This document shows positions 39,841 to 50,252 of a DNA stretch of 64,000 nucleotides, in pieces. A program made the position numbers and the translations under genes. Where the stretch lies: NCBI GenBank assembly GCA_965655795.1, contig CBFHHY010000009.1:169-64168 (forward strand), given 5' to 3'. Source of the stretch: an uncultured Schleiferiaceae bacterium. Its GTDB lineage: Bacteria; Bacteroidota; Bacteroidia; Flavobacteriales; Schleiferiaceae. The notes under the pieces are model-generated. The model saw only the letters and a program-made list of their open reading frames with translations, made no database searches and had not been told where the DNA came from. How positions within the stretch are numbered: position 1 is the first letter of the stretch; each line of letters begins with the position of its first letter.

Positions 39841-40221
39841 ATGGAAAACCAGAAAATGAGATATAGTGATGAAGAACTAGAAGAATTTCGAGTTCTAATT
39901 CAAAGTAAAATTGATAAAGCTGAGGAAGATTTACACATTCTTCGGGAACAGTTCACAAATAATATGGACAATGGTACAGAAGACACTGCGCCAAGCTTTA
40001 AAAGTTTTGAGGAAGGTTCTGAAACAATGAGCAAGGAAGCAAATGCACAACTTGCTGCGCGTCAAGAAAAATTTTTAAGAGATTTACGAGCTGCACTAAC
40101 AAGAATTTCAAATAAAACATACGGTATTTGTAAAGTGACTGGGAAGCTCGTAGAAAAAGATCGATTAAAGCTAGTCCCTCATGCTACGATGAGCATGGAG
40201 GCTAAGTTAAAACAAAGGTGA
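39841..40221 (+). CDS. DksA/TraR-family protein with degenerate (single-Cys) zinc finger
   Basis: 126 aa with a coiled-coil N-terminus and a C-terminal YGICKVTGKLVEKDRLKLVPHATMSMEAK. This aligns to CxxC-x17-CxxC but retains only the first Cys. Confidence 0.7.
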   Translation: MENQKMRYSDEELEEFRVLIQSKIDKAEEDLHILREQFTNNMDNGTEDTAPSFKSFEEGSETMSKEANAQLAARQEKFLRDLRAALTRISNKTYGICKVTGKLVEKDRLKLVPHATMSMEAKLKQR

Positions 40222-40871
40222 ATAGGTCTCTAAGCCTTCCATTTATTCTATGCATAATTTTGGTCTTCATTGACCAAGGCCTTAAGATTTGGGTCAAATC
40301 AAATTTTGCCCTTGGTGAAAGTTTAGAAATCACGCCATGGTTTAAAATTCATTTTACTGAAAATCCAGGAATGGCTTTTGGAATAGAATGGGGAGGAGTT
40401 ATTGGGAAGTATATTCTTAGTTCCTTCAGGATATTTGCAATCCTTGGAATTGTATGGTACATGTTCCGTTTGGCTAAAGGTGGAGCCTCTAAATTCGTCT
40501 TAATATCGATGAGCTTTGTTCTTGCTGGGGCGTTAGGCAATGTCATTGATAGCTTATTGTATGGCTTAATCTATAACAAAGGATTAGTTTACAATAATAT
40601 GTATAGTCAATGGGTTATGTACCCTGGTATTGCTACATTAAACTTTGAAGGATATGCCCCAATGTTACTGGGAAATGTCGTTGACATGCTATACTTCCCT
40701 TTTTGGAAAGGGGTTCTTCCTGAGTGGTTGCCTTTCTGGGGAGGTGAATATTTTATTTTCTTTCGACCCATCTTTAATATCGCTGACTCATGCGTTTTTA
40801 TTGGAGTTATTCTTTTGTATTTGAGTTCGAGGAAGCCTGAAAGTTGGAGTTCTCACAATAGCACTTCATAG
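40218..40871 (+). CDS. lspA: Lipoprotein signal peptidase (signal peptidase II)
   Basis: Four TM segments plus NPGMAFG, GNVIDS and FNIADS motifs. The GTG start overlaps the preceding stop codon (GTGA). Confidence 0.9.
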   Translation: MNRSLSLPFILCIILVFIDQGLKIWVKSNFALGESLEITPWFKIHFTENPGMAFGIEWGGVIGKYILSSFRIFAILGIVWYMFRLAKGGASKFVLISMSFVLAGALGNVIDSLLYGLIYNKGLVYNNMYSQWVMYPGIATLNFEGYAPMLLGNVVDMLYFPFWKGVLPEWLPFWGGEYFIFFRPIFNIADSCVFIGVILLYLSSRKPESWSSHNSTS

Positions 40872-40880
40872 AATTTTAAG

Positions 40881-42281
40881 ATGAAATACTTTTTAATCAG
40901 TTTTTACATTGCAATTAGCCTTTGTGCAAAAGGCCAGAATGATGAAATTAAATATATGTCTGGGGATTCCAAAGTACGAATGATGAGTAGCATTGAATTT
41001 CTTTCATCGGATGAGCTCTCGGGAAGATTACCCGGAACTGATGGAGCTAATTTAGCTATTGAATATATTCAAAATGCTTTTGAAAAAAGCAACCTGAGGC
41101 CATTGTTTCAAAATGGTTATAAACAAAGTTTTTCAATTCCTAGACCAGTAGAAATTTTATTTAAAACTAATTACTTGCTTCTTGGCAATGATTCGCTTAA
41201 TGTCGGTAAAGAATTCCAAGTTGCTCCTTTTTCCTCAACAAAAGAAGTTCATGCCAATACTGTTTATGTTAAAAATGGGATTAAGTGCTCAGAATTTGAT
41301 GATTTTCAAAGTATTGACTTTAATGGTTTAAAAAACCAATTAGCTATCGTTGAATTTAGGGTTTCAAAGAAAAGAAAAGGAAAGGCAGGCAAAGAGGCTC
41401 AAATTCAAAAGAGGTTAGAAAATATAATTAATTATGGCGCGCAGGATATAATTTTTCTTTCGCGTAGAGCCATGAATAAATTAATTGGATCAAAGCCTCC
41501 TGTATTTAGGTCTCTAAAAACTAGTAGTTATCCTATTAATGTATATAGTATCAATAGTAATAAGTGGTCAAGAAAAATCCGAAAATCAAAAGATCCAATA
41601 ACTATTAAGACAAAAGTCTCTAAAAGAAGCTCAGAGGGGTATAATATTATTGGAGTGTTTGATGTTGGAGCCACTCACTCCGTATTAATTGGAGCACATT
41701 ACGACCACTTGGGCAAAGGAGAGTTTCTTGAAAATAAAAAGGGGCAAGAAGAAGTTTATAATGGTGCAGATGATAATGCGAGCGGTGTTTCTATCATGTT
41801 AGAAGTCCTGCACCAATTGCAACTCAACCCTGAAATGATTAATTACAATTTGATTTTTGCAGCCTTTTCAGGAGAAGAAGATGGACTTATTGGATCACGT
41901 CACTTTATTAAAAACTGTCCCATAGATCCCCAACTTATAACACACATGATAAATTTAGACATGGTCGGAAGATTAAACTTAAATGATAGTTTAACTGTAT
42001 ATGCCACCTCTAGTTCATCTCATTGGGATGAGGTTTTAAATAATAACTCACGAGTTGAATTGAACATAAAAAATATACCTAGTATTTTCCCTCGGTCTGA
42101 TCACGCTTCATTTATTGAAGCAGGGATCCCGTCAATTATGCTACATACAGGGATTCACAAAGATTACCATACTCCCAATGATGATTTTCAAAAAATCGAT
42201 GGTGATGGGTTAACTAGAATTACCAAATTTATTTTACATACTCTTCAAAATTTAAATAGATTCTCTGACTCAAGACCATGA
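40881..42281 (+). CDS. M28-family zinc aminopeptidase
   Basis: Signal peptide, GAHYDHLG, GADDNASGV, FSGEEDGLIGS and NLDMVG motifs. Confidence 0.85.
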   Translation: MKYFLISFYIAISLCAKGQNDEIKYMSGDSKVRMMSSIEFLSSDELSGRLPGTDGANLAIEYIQNAFEKSNLRPLFQNGYKQSFSIPRPVEILFKTNYLLLGNDSLNVGKEFQVAPFSSTKEVHANTVYVKNGIKCSEFDDFQSIDFNGLKNQLAIVEFRVSKKRKGKAGKEAQIQKRLENIINYGAQDIIFLSRRAMNKLIGSKPPVFRSLKTSSYPINVYSINSNKWSRKIRKSKDPITIKTKVSKRSSEGYNIIGVFDVGATHSVLIGAHYDHLGKGEFLENKKGQEEVYNGADDNASGVSIMLEVLHQLQLNPEMINYNLIFAAFSGEEDGLIGSRHFIKNCPIDPQLITHMINLDMVGRLNLNDSLTVYATSSSSHWDEVLNNNSRVELNIKNIPSIFPRSDHASFIEAGIPSIMLHTGIHKDYHTPNDDFQKIDGDGLTRITKFILHTLQNLNRFSDSRP

Positions 42282-43273
42282 AAAAAAATCTAACGTTGGC
42301 AATTCTAGGTGGCGGCTCATGGGGAACAGCTTTGATTAAACTCATAAGCCAAAATGTTGAAACATTAGGGTGGTGGATACGTAATGAAGCGGATGTAATT
42401 CATATTGAATTGCACAATCATAATCCCAAATACTTATCTGATGTTGAATTAGAACTAGATAAGTTAGAAATTGATAGCGATATTAAAAATGTTGCTAAAA
42501 ATGCTGATATATTAATACTAGCTATTCCATCAGCATATGTTGCAAAAGCGCTTGTTCCAATAAAAGAAACCCTAAAAGAAAAAATTGTTATATCCGCCAT
42601 CAAGGGTATCGTTCCTGAAACTCAACAAACAATGGGAAAATTTTTACACTCGGAGTTTGGTTTGCCTACTGATAATTTTGGTGCAATCCTCGGGCCCTGC
42701 CATGCAGAAGAAATTGCTCTTGAACGCCTCTCTTATTTGACAATTGCCAGTGCCAATAAAGATATTTCAAAGTTGATTTCCAAGAAAGTGAGTGCCCCAA
42801 ATGTTCAAACGAAAAGAACAAAAGATATTGAAGGAATTGAATACGCATCTATTATCAAAAATATTTATGCTCTGGCTGCGGGAATTTCCCAAGGTCTCGG
42901 GTATGGAGATAACTTTCAAGCAGTTCTTGTTTCAAATTCGATTAGAGAAATGAAACGCTTTATGAAATCCGTAAGTCCATTAAAGCGGAATATTTCAAAA
43001 ACAGCCTATTCTGGAGATATACTTGTAACTATGTACTCTCCATTTAGTAGAAATAGGACCTTAGGTAAATTAATTGGTAAAGGGTATACTGTTAGTTCTG
43101 CTATTTTAGAAATGAAAATGGTTGCAGAAGGTTATTTCGCGACAAAACACATTTGGGAGATGAAAAAAGCTGAAAATATTAAAATGCCAATTGCATCTGC
43201 TATTTATAAAATTTTATATAAGAACAAGTCTGCAAGAAAAGTAATTCTCGAACTATCCGAAAAACTCAGTTAA
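42278..43273 (+). CDS. gpsA: NAD(P)H-dependent glycerol-3-phosphate dehydrogenase
   Basis: N-terminal GGGSWGTAL Rossmann motif, GPCHAEE, and EGYFATK. The ATG overlaps the M28 stop codon (ATGA). Confidence 0.93.
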   Translation: MKKNLTLAILGGGSWGTALIKLISQNVETLGWWIRNEADVIHIELHNHNPKYLSDVELELDKLEIDSDIKNVAKNADILILAIPSAYVAKALVPIKETLKEKIVISAIKGIVPETQQTMGKFLHSEFGLPTDNFGAILGPCHAEEIALERLSYLTIASANKDISKLISKKVSAPNVQTKRTKDIEGIEYASIIKNIYALAAGISQGLGYGDNFQAVLVSNSIREMKRFMKSVSPLKRNISKTAYSGDILVTMYSPFSRNRTLGKLIGKGYTVSSAILEMKMVAEGYFATKHIWEMKKAENIKMPIASAIYKILYKNKSARKVILELSEKLS

Positions 43274-43316
43274 ACAAATATGGATTCGTACTTTTACAAT
43301 TATTAAACATTAACAA

Positions 43317-43511
43317 ATGATTTTAAACATTTTTTTAGGAATGATTGGTCCTTGGCAAATTATTTTAATTCTGGCAATTGTCCTCCTTTTATTTGGTGGT
43401 CGAAAAATTCCAGAACTTATGAAAGGCCTTGGCGGCGGGCTCAAAGAATTTAAAAAAGCCGTGAAAGAAGAAGATAAAGAAGACGAAGATTCTGGAGAGG
43501 GGAAGGCGTGA
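43317..43511 (+). CDS. tatA: Twin-arginine translocase subunit TatA/E
   Basis: A TM helix is followed by the hinge and amphipathic helix ([27 protein letters not shown]) and an acidic tail. The true start may be the second Met, at 43341. Confidence 0.9.
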   Translation: MILNIFLGMIGPWQIILILAIVLLLFGGRKIPELMKGLGGGLKEFKKAVKEEDKEDEDSGEGKA

Positions 43512-44929
43512 ACTTTTCCAAAATAAGCGAACTTCAGTCAGCTATTTCTGATGGTAAAACCTCTTGTTTTCAAGAAGTTAACCTTGCTATTAAAAAAGCA
43601 AAAGAAAAGTCGGATTTAAATATTTTTATCGAAATTTTTGAAAATTCGGCTCTGCAGAAAGCAAAAGAAGTCGATGAAAAATTCATGAATGGCACTGCTG
43701 GTAAACTCGCAGGAGTGATATTCGCAATTAAAGATAACCTTTGTTATTCTGGCCATAAAGTAAGCGCCAGCTCTAAAATGTTAAATGATTTTGAATCACA
43801 GTTTAGCTCAACTGTTGTAATAAAACTTTTGGAACAAGATGCCATAATTATAGGTCGCACGGGGGGTGATGAATTTGCAATGGGTTCATCAAGCGAAACT
43901 TCATTTCATGGGCCTATTAAAAACCCAATAAATACCTTGATGACACCTGGTGGGTCGTCTGGCGGCTCTGCAGCAGCGGTTGCAGCAGGAATTTGCCATG
44001 CATCATTAGGGTCTGATACTGGAGGCTCAATTAGACAGCCTGCAGCTTTCTGTGGCATATATGGGATGAAGCCCACATATGGAAGAGTATCAAGACATGG
44101 CGTTATTGCATATGCGTCATCATTTGACCAAGTCGGGCCCTTTGCCCTCTGCCTAGAAGACTTAGCGACAATCACAGAAGTAATTTCTGGAAGTGATGAG
44201 TTTGATACAACATGTTCTAAGTTACCTGTTTCGAAAATGTTTGATCCTAATTTTTCTAAAAACCCTCTTCAACTTGGATACTACAAAAGCATGCTTGAGG
44301 CCCCTGCGCTTGATCCTGAGATCAAAAAAAAATTTCAAGAGGCTGTAATTGCGCTCGAGAAAGCGGGACATTCTGTAAAACCTTTAGATTTTCCCTACTT
44401 TGATGTCCTAATACCTATATACTACATTTTAACCACCGCAGAGGCGAGTTCAAATTTGGCCCGGTACGATGGCATTCATGTTGGACACCGCTCTAAAGAC
44501 TTTTCTGATTTAGAATCTCTTTATAAAAAGTCACGGAATGAGGGTTTTGGTGATGAAGTTAAACGACGAATAATGCTTGGAACATTTGTTTTGAGCAGCG
44601 GATATTACGATGCATTTTATGGAAAAGCTCAAAAAGTGCGCAGGCTTGTTAGAGACTTCACGTTAAAAGACTTAAAAAGTTTAGATGGAATAATTGGGCC
44701 AACAACACCGACAACAGCATTTCCTTTGGGTCAAGAATATTCTGACCCCACAGTGCTATATCTTGAAGACATGTTTACAGTTTTAGCTCCACTTTCAGGC
44801 CTCCCTGCTGTTTCTATCCCAATGGGAATACATAGCAACGGGCTACCATTTGGTATGCAAATCATGTGTTCATCTTTTGACGAAAAATCTATTTTTGATA
44901 TTGCAAAAACTATTGAATCCCTGAGTTAG
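43508..44929 (+). CDS. gatA: Glutamyl/aspartyl-tRNA amidotransferase subunit A
   Basis: Amidase signature [14 protein letters not shown]...[12 protein letters not shown]. The GTG start overlaps the tatA stop codon (GTGA). Confidence 0.95.
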   Translation: MNFSKISELQSAISDGKTSCFQEVNLAIKKAKEKSDLNIFIEIFENSALQKAKEVDEKFMNGTAGKLAGVIFAIKDNLCYSGHKVSASSKMLNDFESQFSSTVVIKLLEQDAIIIGRTGGDEFAMGSSSETSFHGPIKNPINTLMTPGGSSGGSAAAVAAGICHASLGSDTGGSIRQPAAFCGIYGMKPTYGRVSRHGVIAYASSFDQVGPFALCLEDLATITEVISGSDEFDTTCSKLPVSKMFDPNFSKNPLQLGYYKSMLEAPALDPEIKKKFQEAVIALEKAGHSVKPLDFPYFDVLIPIYYILTTAEASSNLARYDGIHVGHRSKDFSDLESLYKKSRNEGFGDEVKRRIMLGTFVLSSGYYDAFYGKAQKVRRLVRDFTLKDLKSLDGIIGPTTPTTAFPLGQEYSDPTVLYLEDMFTVLAPLSGLPAVSIPMGIHSNGLPFGMQIMCSSFDEKSIFDIAKTIESLS

Positions 44930-44930
44930 A

Positions 44931-46157
44931 ATGTATCGCTTAAGTTTCTTAGCTATTCTTGTTCAATCTTTTTCATTACTATGTCAAAATAACATTTCTA
45001 AGGTGGGGCAAAAGACATTTTTTTCTCCAAAAAAAATTGATTCTACATATAATATTTATTTGATCGAAAGTTGGGAAGCGCTTAACCCCGGTAAAGACAA
45101 TAAAAGCTTTATAAGGGCTTCGGGTACCAATGAATTATCTGATTCTCTAATTGAGTTTAATCTAAACCTTTTAGATAAAACCACACCTCTTGATATAAGG
45201 TATACTAAGGAAGTAAAAAATATCATTTCGTACTATCTTAAAGCAAACCCAGATTTACTAAAAAGGCTCAAATCACGTTCAAGATTTTATTTTCCTCTTT
45301 TTGAATCTACTTTGGATAAATATAATTTACCTTTTGAGTTAAAATACATTCCGGTAATTGAAAGTGCCTTAAATCCAAGAGCAAAAAGTAAAGCTGGAGC
45401 AACAGGGTTGTGGCAATTCATGTATGCCACAGGAAAAATGCAAGGTCTTGAAATTAGCTCATATGTTGACCAGCGAATGGACCCAATGCTTTCTACCGAT
45501 GCAGCATGCAGATATCTGAAAAAACTATATGATATATTTCAGAATTGGGAATTGGCGCTGGCAGCATATAATGCTGGACCAGGAAACATCACCAGGGCGA
45601 TTCGCAATTCAAGAGGTGGTAAAAGTTACTGGGAAATTCGCCCGTATCTATCTAGAGAAACTTCTAATTATATACCATCACTGATATCAGCAATATATGT
45701 TCTTCGCGCGGTTGATCATATTTTAATAAACAATAACCCCTCACTCTTATATCTTGAAACTGATACTGTTTATGCCAAAAATGGCATACATTTTCAAGAT
45801 ATTGCCTATTTATTGTCAATAGACTCCTCTACCATTTCTGAACTAAACCCTCAATACAAGCATGAATATGTGCCCCCTCCAAAAAACAATATTCCTTACA
45901 GCTTAGTAATTCCAAAAATTAAAATAAATGAATTTTATTTTTTATCAGACTCACTTTACTTTATGACAGCTTTAAGACTAAAAAAGTCACCTCTACCTCC
46001 ACCTCTGAGAGCGGCATCTGGGAAAATATATATCGTTAGAAACGGAGATACCCTATCTGAAATCGCTCAAAAGAATAAAATAAAAATTCAAGATTTACGT
46101 CGTTGGAACGGCATTAGAGGTAGCAAAATACGAATCGGTCAAAAATTAAAAATTTAA
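44931..46157 (+). CDS. Membrane-bound lytic transglycosylase (MltD-like SLT domain) with C-terminal LysM
   Basis: The SLT catalytic region is IESALNPRAKSKAGATGLWQFM...AAYNAGPGN. The LysM domain is YIVRNGDTLSEIAQKNKIKIQDLRRWNG. Confidence 0.85.
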   Translation: MYRLSFLAILVQSFSLLCQNNISKVGQKTFFSPKKIDSTYNIYLIESWEALNPGKDNKSFIRASGTNELSDSLIEFNLNLLDKTTPLDIRYTKEVKNIISYYLKANPDLLKRLKSRSRFYFPLFESTLDKYNLPFELKYIPVIESALNPRAKSKAGATGLWQFMYATGKMQGLEISSYVDQRMDPMLSTDAACRYLKKLYDIFQNWELALAAYNAGPGNITRAIRNSRGGKSYWEIRPYLSRETSNYIPSLISAIYVLRAVDHILINNNPSLLYLETDTVYAKNGIHFQDIAYLLSIDSSTISELNPQYKHEYVPPPKNNIPYSLVIPKIKINEFYFLSDSLYFMTALRLKKSPLPPPLRAASGKIYIVRNGDTLSEIAQKNKIKIQDLRRWNGIRGSKIRIGQKLKI

Positions 46158-46158
46158 A

Positions 46159-47166
46159 ATGAATAAAATTCAAACTTTTTTTTCCATTTCTGTATTTATT
46201 ATTATGTCCTCCGGGTGTTCATTAGAACAGGCAACTGATAAAAAAGAAACGTCATTTGAAGCTTATAATATGCCTTCTTCAAATGGTACTCATAATGAAT
46301 TAACTCTATTTTGTGATAATGATCTCTGGAATAACTGTGGTATTAAAATCATTACAAGTCTTGCGGAACCAGTTAAAGGGCTACCTCAAAATGAACCAAG
46401 GTTTAACTTATCTAGGTTGCCCCATAATAGTATTTCAAACATAACAAAGCGATCTAAAAGCATTCTATCATTACAAATCGTCCCAGATTCTTCATCTATT
46501 AATTTTAAATATAATGTATGGGCATATCCACAACTAGTCATTCATATAGTCGCGCCTTCAGCAAATCTTTTAACAAAATTATTCGATTCACATAGTAAAG
46601 AGATTATTAAAAAGTATGAATTACATGATCAAGAAATTTTAAAAAATCGTATTTCTTCGAGTTCAAAAACCTTACTTCCAAAATCTTTAAAAGAATTGGG
46701 TATAAAAAATATGTTGATACCACGGGCATATAACACCACAATAAGTAAATCAGATTTTAAAATTTTGAGAGCTGACACGAAAAAAAGCATTCAATACTTA
46801 ATGGCCTGGTCACGTCCATATATAGAATCTAATTATAATATTGAATCTAAAATAATTTCAGAGCAAAATGAGTTAATGGAAAATAACTTCGAAGGTTTTC
46901 AGGAAAAAAGTTATTTAAGCTTAGAAAGTAAAATTCCAATTGATATCAATTATAGCAATAAAAACGGGATTTACGTCATTGAGCATCGTGGTCTATTTCG
47001 AACAGAATTAGGGTTCGGAGGAGGGCCATTTGTCACCTTTACATATATCGATGAAAAAAACAAAAGACGGTTATCTATCTCTAGCATAGTCTATGCGCCA
47101 AGCACAAAAAAAAGAAAAATGATGCTTGAGCTTGAAGCATCTCTTCGTTCTGTGGAGTTACTATGA
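46159..47166 (+). CDS. Lipoprotein of unknown function (possibly DUF4837 family)
   Basis: Lipobox IMSSGCS. It lies 1 nt after the transglycosylase stop codon. The family assignment is from memory of Bacteroidota gene neighbourhoods only. Confidence 0.5.
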   Translation: MNKIQTFFSISVFIIMSSGCSLEQATDKKETSFEAYNMPSSNGTHNELTLFCDNDLWNNCGIKIITSLAEPVKGLPQNEPRFNLSRLPHNSISNITKRSKSILSLQIVPDSSSINFKYNVWAYPQLVIHIVAPSANLLTKLFDSHSKEIIKKYELHDQEILKNRISSSSKTLLPKSLKELGIKNMLIPRAYNTTISKSDFKILRADTKKSIQYLMAWSRPYIESNYNIESKIISEQNELMENNFEGFQEKSYLSLESKIPIDINYSNKNGIYVIEHRGLFRTELGFGGGPFVTFTYIDEKNKRRLSISSIVYAPSTKKRKMMLELEASLRSVELL

Positions 47167-47185
47167 TTTTAAATAAATGGTGTGG

Positions 47186-47896
47186 TTATAAAAAAACCTC
47201 TTTTAAAACGTCTAATGAATATATTTTTCCCAACATCGGGTAATGCCATTTCAGCCCTAGAATCAAACCATCTGTTATCTCTGACCTCAAGTCTTTAGAA
47301 ACAACAAATGATTTATCTTGAATCCAATTAAAAAGAGCTGAAGACGATTGATTAGTCAAAAAATCGGTGTGGACTGGTTTAATTGAAGTGAAAACACCCT
47401 CGCGCAAATCAAACACACATCCCTCAAAAAATTGTTCCGGATTAATTCCAAATCCTAAATGCTTCCAAATAAGGAGCAAAAATTCATTAATTGCCATTGA
47501 TAAGTTTGTGTTTAAATCATCCCATGATTCAAGCATCTCTATAAATTCATCAAAAAACTTTGGGCTAGAGTCTCCTTCTTGAAGAACTTTTTGAAGAACT
47601 TCAGCTAAAAATAGACAAATCGCTTGTCTTAAATGATGTGTGGTCAAGTATCTCCAAACTTTTGCTACTTCTACCTCATTAATTTTTTCTAACTGACCAT
47701 TTTTTCTGTGTTCCACCGTTGCTGTTAAAAAAGTCATGGGGATTAATGTCGCTGGTCGTATTCCCTTTTTATTACTCCTAATAGATGGAATTATGTACGC
47801 TTGCGGGCCATGTTTCCGAGTCCATAGCTTTAATACCTGTCCTTTTTCTCCTACCGGTATTTTTCCAAGAACCACGGCTGTGGTAGTGTCTTTCAT
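47186..47896 (-). CDS. recO: DNA repair protein RecO
   Basis: 236 aa with an N-terminal OB-fold-like segment (AVVLGKIPVGEKGQVLKLWT). The C-terminal SLDVLKEVF matches my memory of flavobacterial RecO. Confidence 0.8.
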   Translation of the reverse strand: MKDTTTAVVLGKIPVGEKGQVLKLWTRKHGPQAYIIPSIRSNKKGIRPATLIPMTFLTATVEHRKNGQLEKINEVEVAKVWRYLTTHHLRQAICLFLAEVLQKVLQEGDSSPKFFDEFIEMLESWDDLNTNLSMAINEFLLLIWKHLGFGINPEQFFEGCVFDLREGVFTSIKPVHTDFLTNQSSSALFNWIQDKSFVVSKDLRSEITDGLILGLKWHYPMLGKIYSLDVLKEVFL

Positions 47897-47898
47897 TT

Positions 47899-50211
47899 CT
47901 ACTCGCCTCGAATAATCACACCCTGAACTACCTTAGTTTCAGTGCCTAAAGGATTCGTTATCCAAAATAAATATATCCCGCTAGGAACAGGAGTATCGTT
48001 AAGCCCGTTTGTTGTCCAACTAAACTGACCTCCAGTTGCTTGCCCCTCAAAAACCAGTCTTCCAGAACTATTTGTCACTTTTATATAAGAATCTTCCGTA
48101 AGTCCTTTCAATGATATGGGTCCAAAATGTTTTGGCTCATAAGGATTTGGAAAAACATGTATATTATTTAAGTTTAAAAATGGTTCTATTGCATTACTTC
48201 TATATGACAAAAGCCCCCTACTAGTTCCAATAAACACTTCACCCGATTTGTCATCAATCGCTAATGAATTTACCCGGTTTGAAAAAATTGGAGAATTTGA
48301 TTTCGTAAAATGTGCTATAGTCTTGAGCCCATCTGGAGAGAGAAGAAAAAGACCACCATCTGCAGTTCCAATCCATTTTCTGTTTGCTCCATCTACTGCC
48401 ATAGATAAAATATTCTCTCCACTAAGAACTTTTTGAACAATCCCGTTTTCCTCAACAAGGAGAGATTGGGCGTCAATATTACCGCCACTAATAGCGTCGT
48501 AGGGATTAAAACAAACTACCAAGCCATCATTAGTTCCAATCCAAAGCTCATTATCTCTTTCAAACACAAATGAATTTACCATACTGCTTGGCAGATTGCC
48601 ATTATTGATGCCAGTAGTTAGCCGTCTGAAACTGGAGTTATCTTCATCAATTAAAACTGCAAGTAAACCATCTGTTCTACTTTGAATCCAAAAAACATCA
48701 TCATTACTTTGGTTTATCTGTTTTGTGCTTAATCCATTAAATGGGCCCAGCCCATAACTTTTCCATGATTTAGTTTGTGGATCGTAACGATGAAGAGGCT
48801 TATTAGACAATGCATTTGTCACCCACAAGGCATCATCATTTCCCCACAACATACCCCCCACTCTGACATCGCCAGGTATGCTTCCTAAAGCATCCAACAA
48901 CGTTGAATTATTTGAATTCCAGATGGAATCAAGCATGCCGTTTTTAAATTCTAAAACACCCTTTCCCCAACTCGAAACAAACCAATGACTGGTATCATTT
49001 GGGTTAATTACTTTGGATAAAATGTCTTTTGCCTGATTCAGTTCTAAACTATTTAATACTGACCAATTTTCATCTCTAAATGTAAAAACCCCCTGATTAC
49101 AATATGAAGCAGTCCATGTAGGGTCAATCGCTCCGCTAAAAACATCAATACCGTGATCGCTATAGTTTAAATCAAAAACAGAAGAATAAGGAGGAGATGT
49201 AATTGTCCTGTGTTGGGCGTAGTCAAGATTATCTATAAATGTTAAACCCTTTGATGAATTAGCAATCCAAATAGTCCCATCATCATGAATTGTCGCGTCA
49301 AGAGGTTTGAAGTTGTCATTATTTCCCATAGCTGAGCTATATGTTTGTTTTTGAATACAAAGTTCATTTGTAATAACAACATCAAAATCCCTTGATATTA
49401 CATATCCATTTTCTTGTTTTCTTATACTTTTTATTTTATTTCCTGAGGAATTGTTAAGATTGATTTTTGACCAGGCTCCATTACTTCTAAACCAAACCGA
49501 TTCGTTTTGTTTCGTTGAAATTAAACGGCTGTTTTCTGAAACAGAAATTTCATTAATAATTGTGTCTATCCATCTTTGATCCTGTTTCCAATTTGAAAAC
49601 AAGTATAATGGATCGGCTAAGGAAGCAGACCAAAACCCCTTTTCTGATGATACAAATAGACTGTCTGAGTCAATTTCAATATCAAAAGTTTGAATTGTGG
49701 TTCCATCTTGACTTAAGATGTAAGTCCCTTTGACAACTCCATAAATTAGGTCTAATTCCACCACTCCAAATCCGGTAGCAACAAATGCTTTATTCTCACC
49801 GTCAAAAGAAATCGAATTAATTCTTGATTTCCCCGGGTACCTCCCGCTAGCGAAAATATCAGGAATTTGTATAATATTATTTTCACTCCATAATTCAAGT
49901 AAGCCATCTTCATAGCCTATTAAAAGTTCTTTTGAATTTGGGGAGGCCTTTATTGCCGTTATGCCGATGCCGCCTAATCCATCGACCTTTGTGAAATCGG
50001 ATAAAACATCATCAACAAGATCATATCTCAACAATCCGTAACTGCTAGCAGCAATAATTTCATCTCCTAAAATAGCTATAGAATGAGTTTCATTTAAAGG
50101 CAAATGCGACCTCCATTGACCAACAGGAATACCTTGAGATAAAAGTATTTGACCCCAAAAACAGATTACTACTAAAAATAACAAGTCACGTTTCACGAAA
50201 CAAAGATGCAC
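47899..50211 (-). CDS. Double beta-propeller protein with T9SS C-terminal domain, PorZ-like
   Basis: 770 aa. A signal peptide precedes many two-component-regulator-propeller-type blades (WIGT..GL, W..T..GL repeats) and a CTD-like tail (FPNPYEP...SGIYLFWITNPLG...VIIRGE). Size and architecture match PorZ. The start codon is GTG. Confidence 0.6.
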   Translation of the reverse strand: MHLCFVKRDLLFLVVICFWGQILLSQGIPVGQWRSHLPLNETHSIAILGDEIIAASSYGLLRYDLVDDVLSDFTKVDGLGGIGITAIKASPNSKELLIGYEDGLLELWSENNIIQIPDIFASGRYPGKSRINSISFDGENKAFVATGFGVVELDLIYGVVKGTYILSQDGTTIQTFDIEIDSDSLFVSSEKGFWSASLADPLYLFSNWKQDQRWIDTIINEISVSENSRLISTKQNESVWFRSNGAWSKINLNNSSGNKIKSIRKQENGYVISRDFDVVITNELCIQKQTYSSAMGNNDNFKPLDATIHDDGTIWIANSSKGLTFIDNLDYAQHRTITSPPYSSVFDLNYSDHGIDVFSGAIDPTWTASYCNQGVFTFRDENWSVLNSLELNQAKDILSKVINPNDTSHWFVSSWGKGVLEFKNGMLDSIWNSNNSTLLDALGSIPGDVRVGGMLWGNDDALWVTNALSNKPLHRYDPQTKSWKSYGLGPFNGLSTKQINQSNDDVFWIQSRTDGLLAVLIDEDNSSFRRLTTGINNGNLPSSMVNSFVFERDNELWIGTNDGLVVCFNPYDAISGGNIDAQSLLVEENGIVQKVLSGENILSMAVDGANRKWIGTADGGLFLLSPDGLKTIAHFTKSNSPIFSNRVNSLAIDDKSGEVFIGTSRGLLSYRSNAIEPFLNLNNIHVFPNPYEPKHFGPISLKGLTEDSYIKVTNSSGRLVFEGQATGGQFSWTTNGLNDTPVPSGIYLFWITNPLGTETKVVQGVIIRGE

Positions 50212-50252
50212 TATCTTCGTTTTATAGGATGCAAAATCTCTAATTTAGAAAA

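Noticed and set aside
50190-50202. parS-like string GTTTCACGAAACA
   Set aside because: It lacks the central GT of the 16-bp parS palindrome (TGTTTCACGTGAAACA), so it is not palindromic. It also lies inside the PorZ-like coding sequence.
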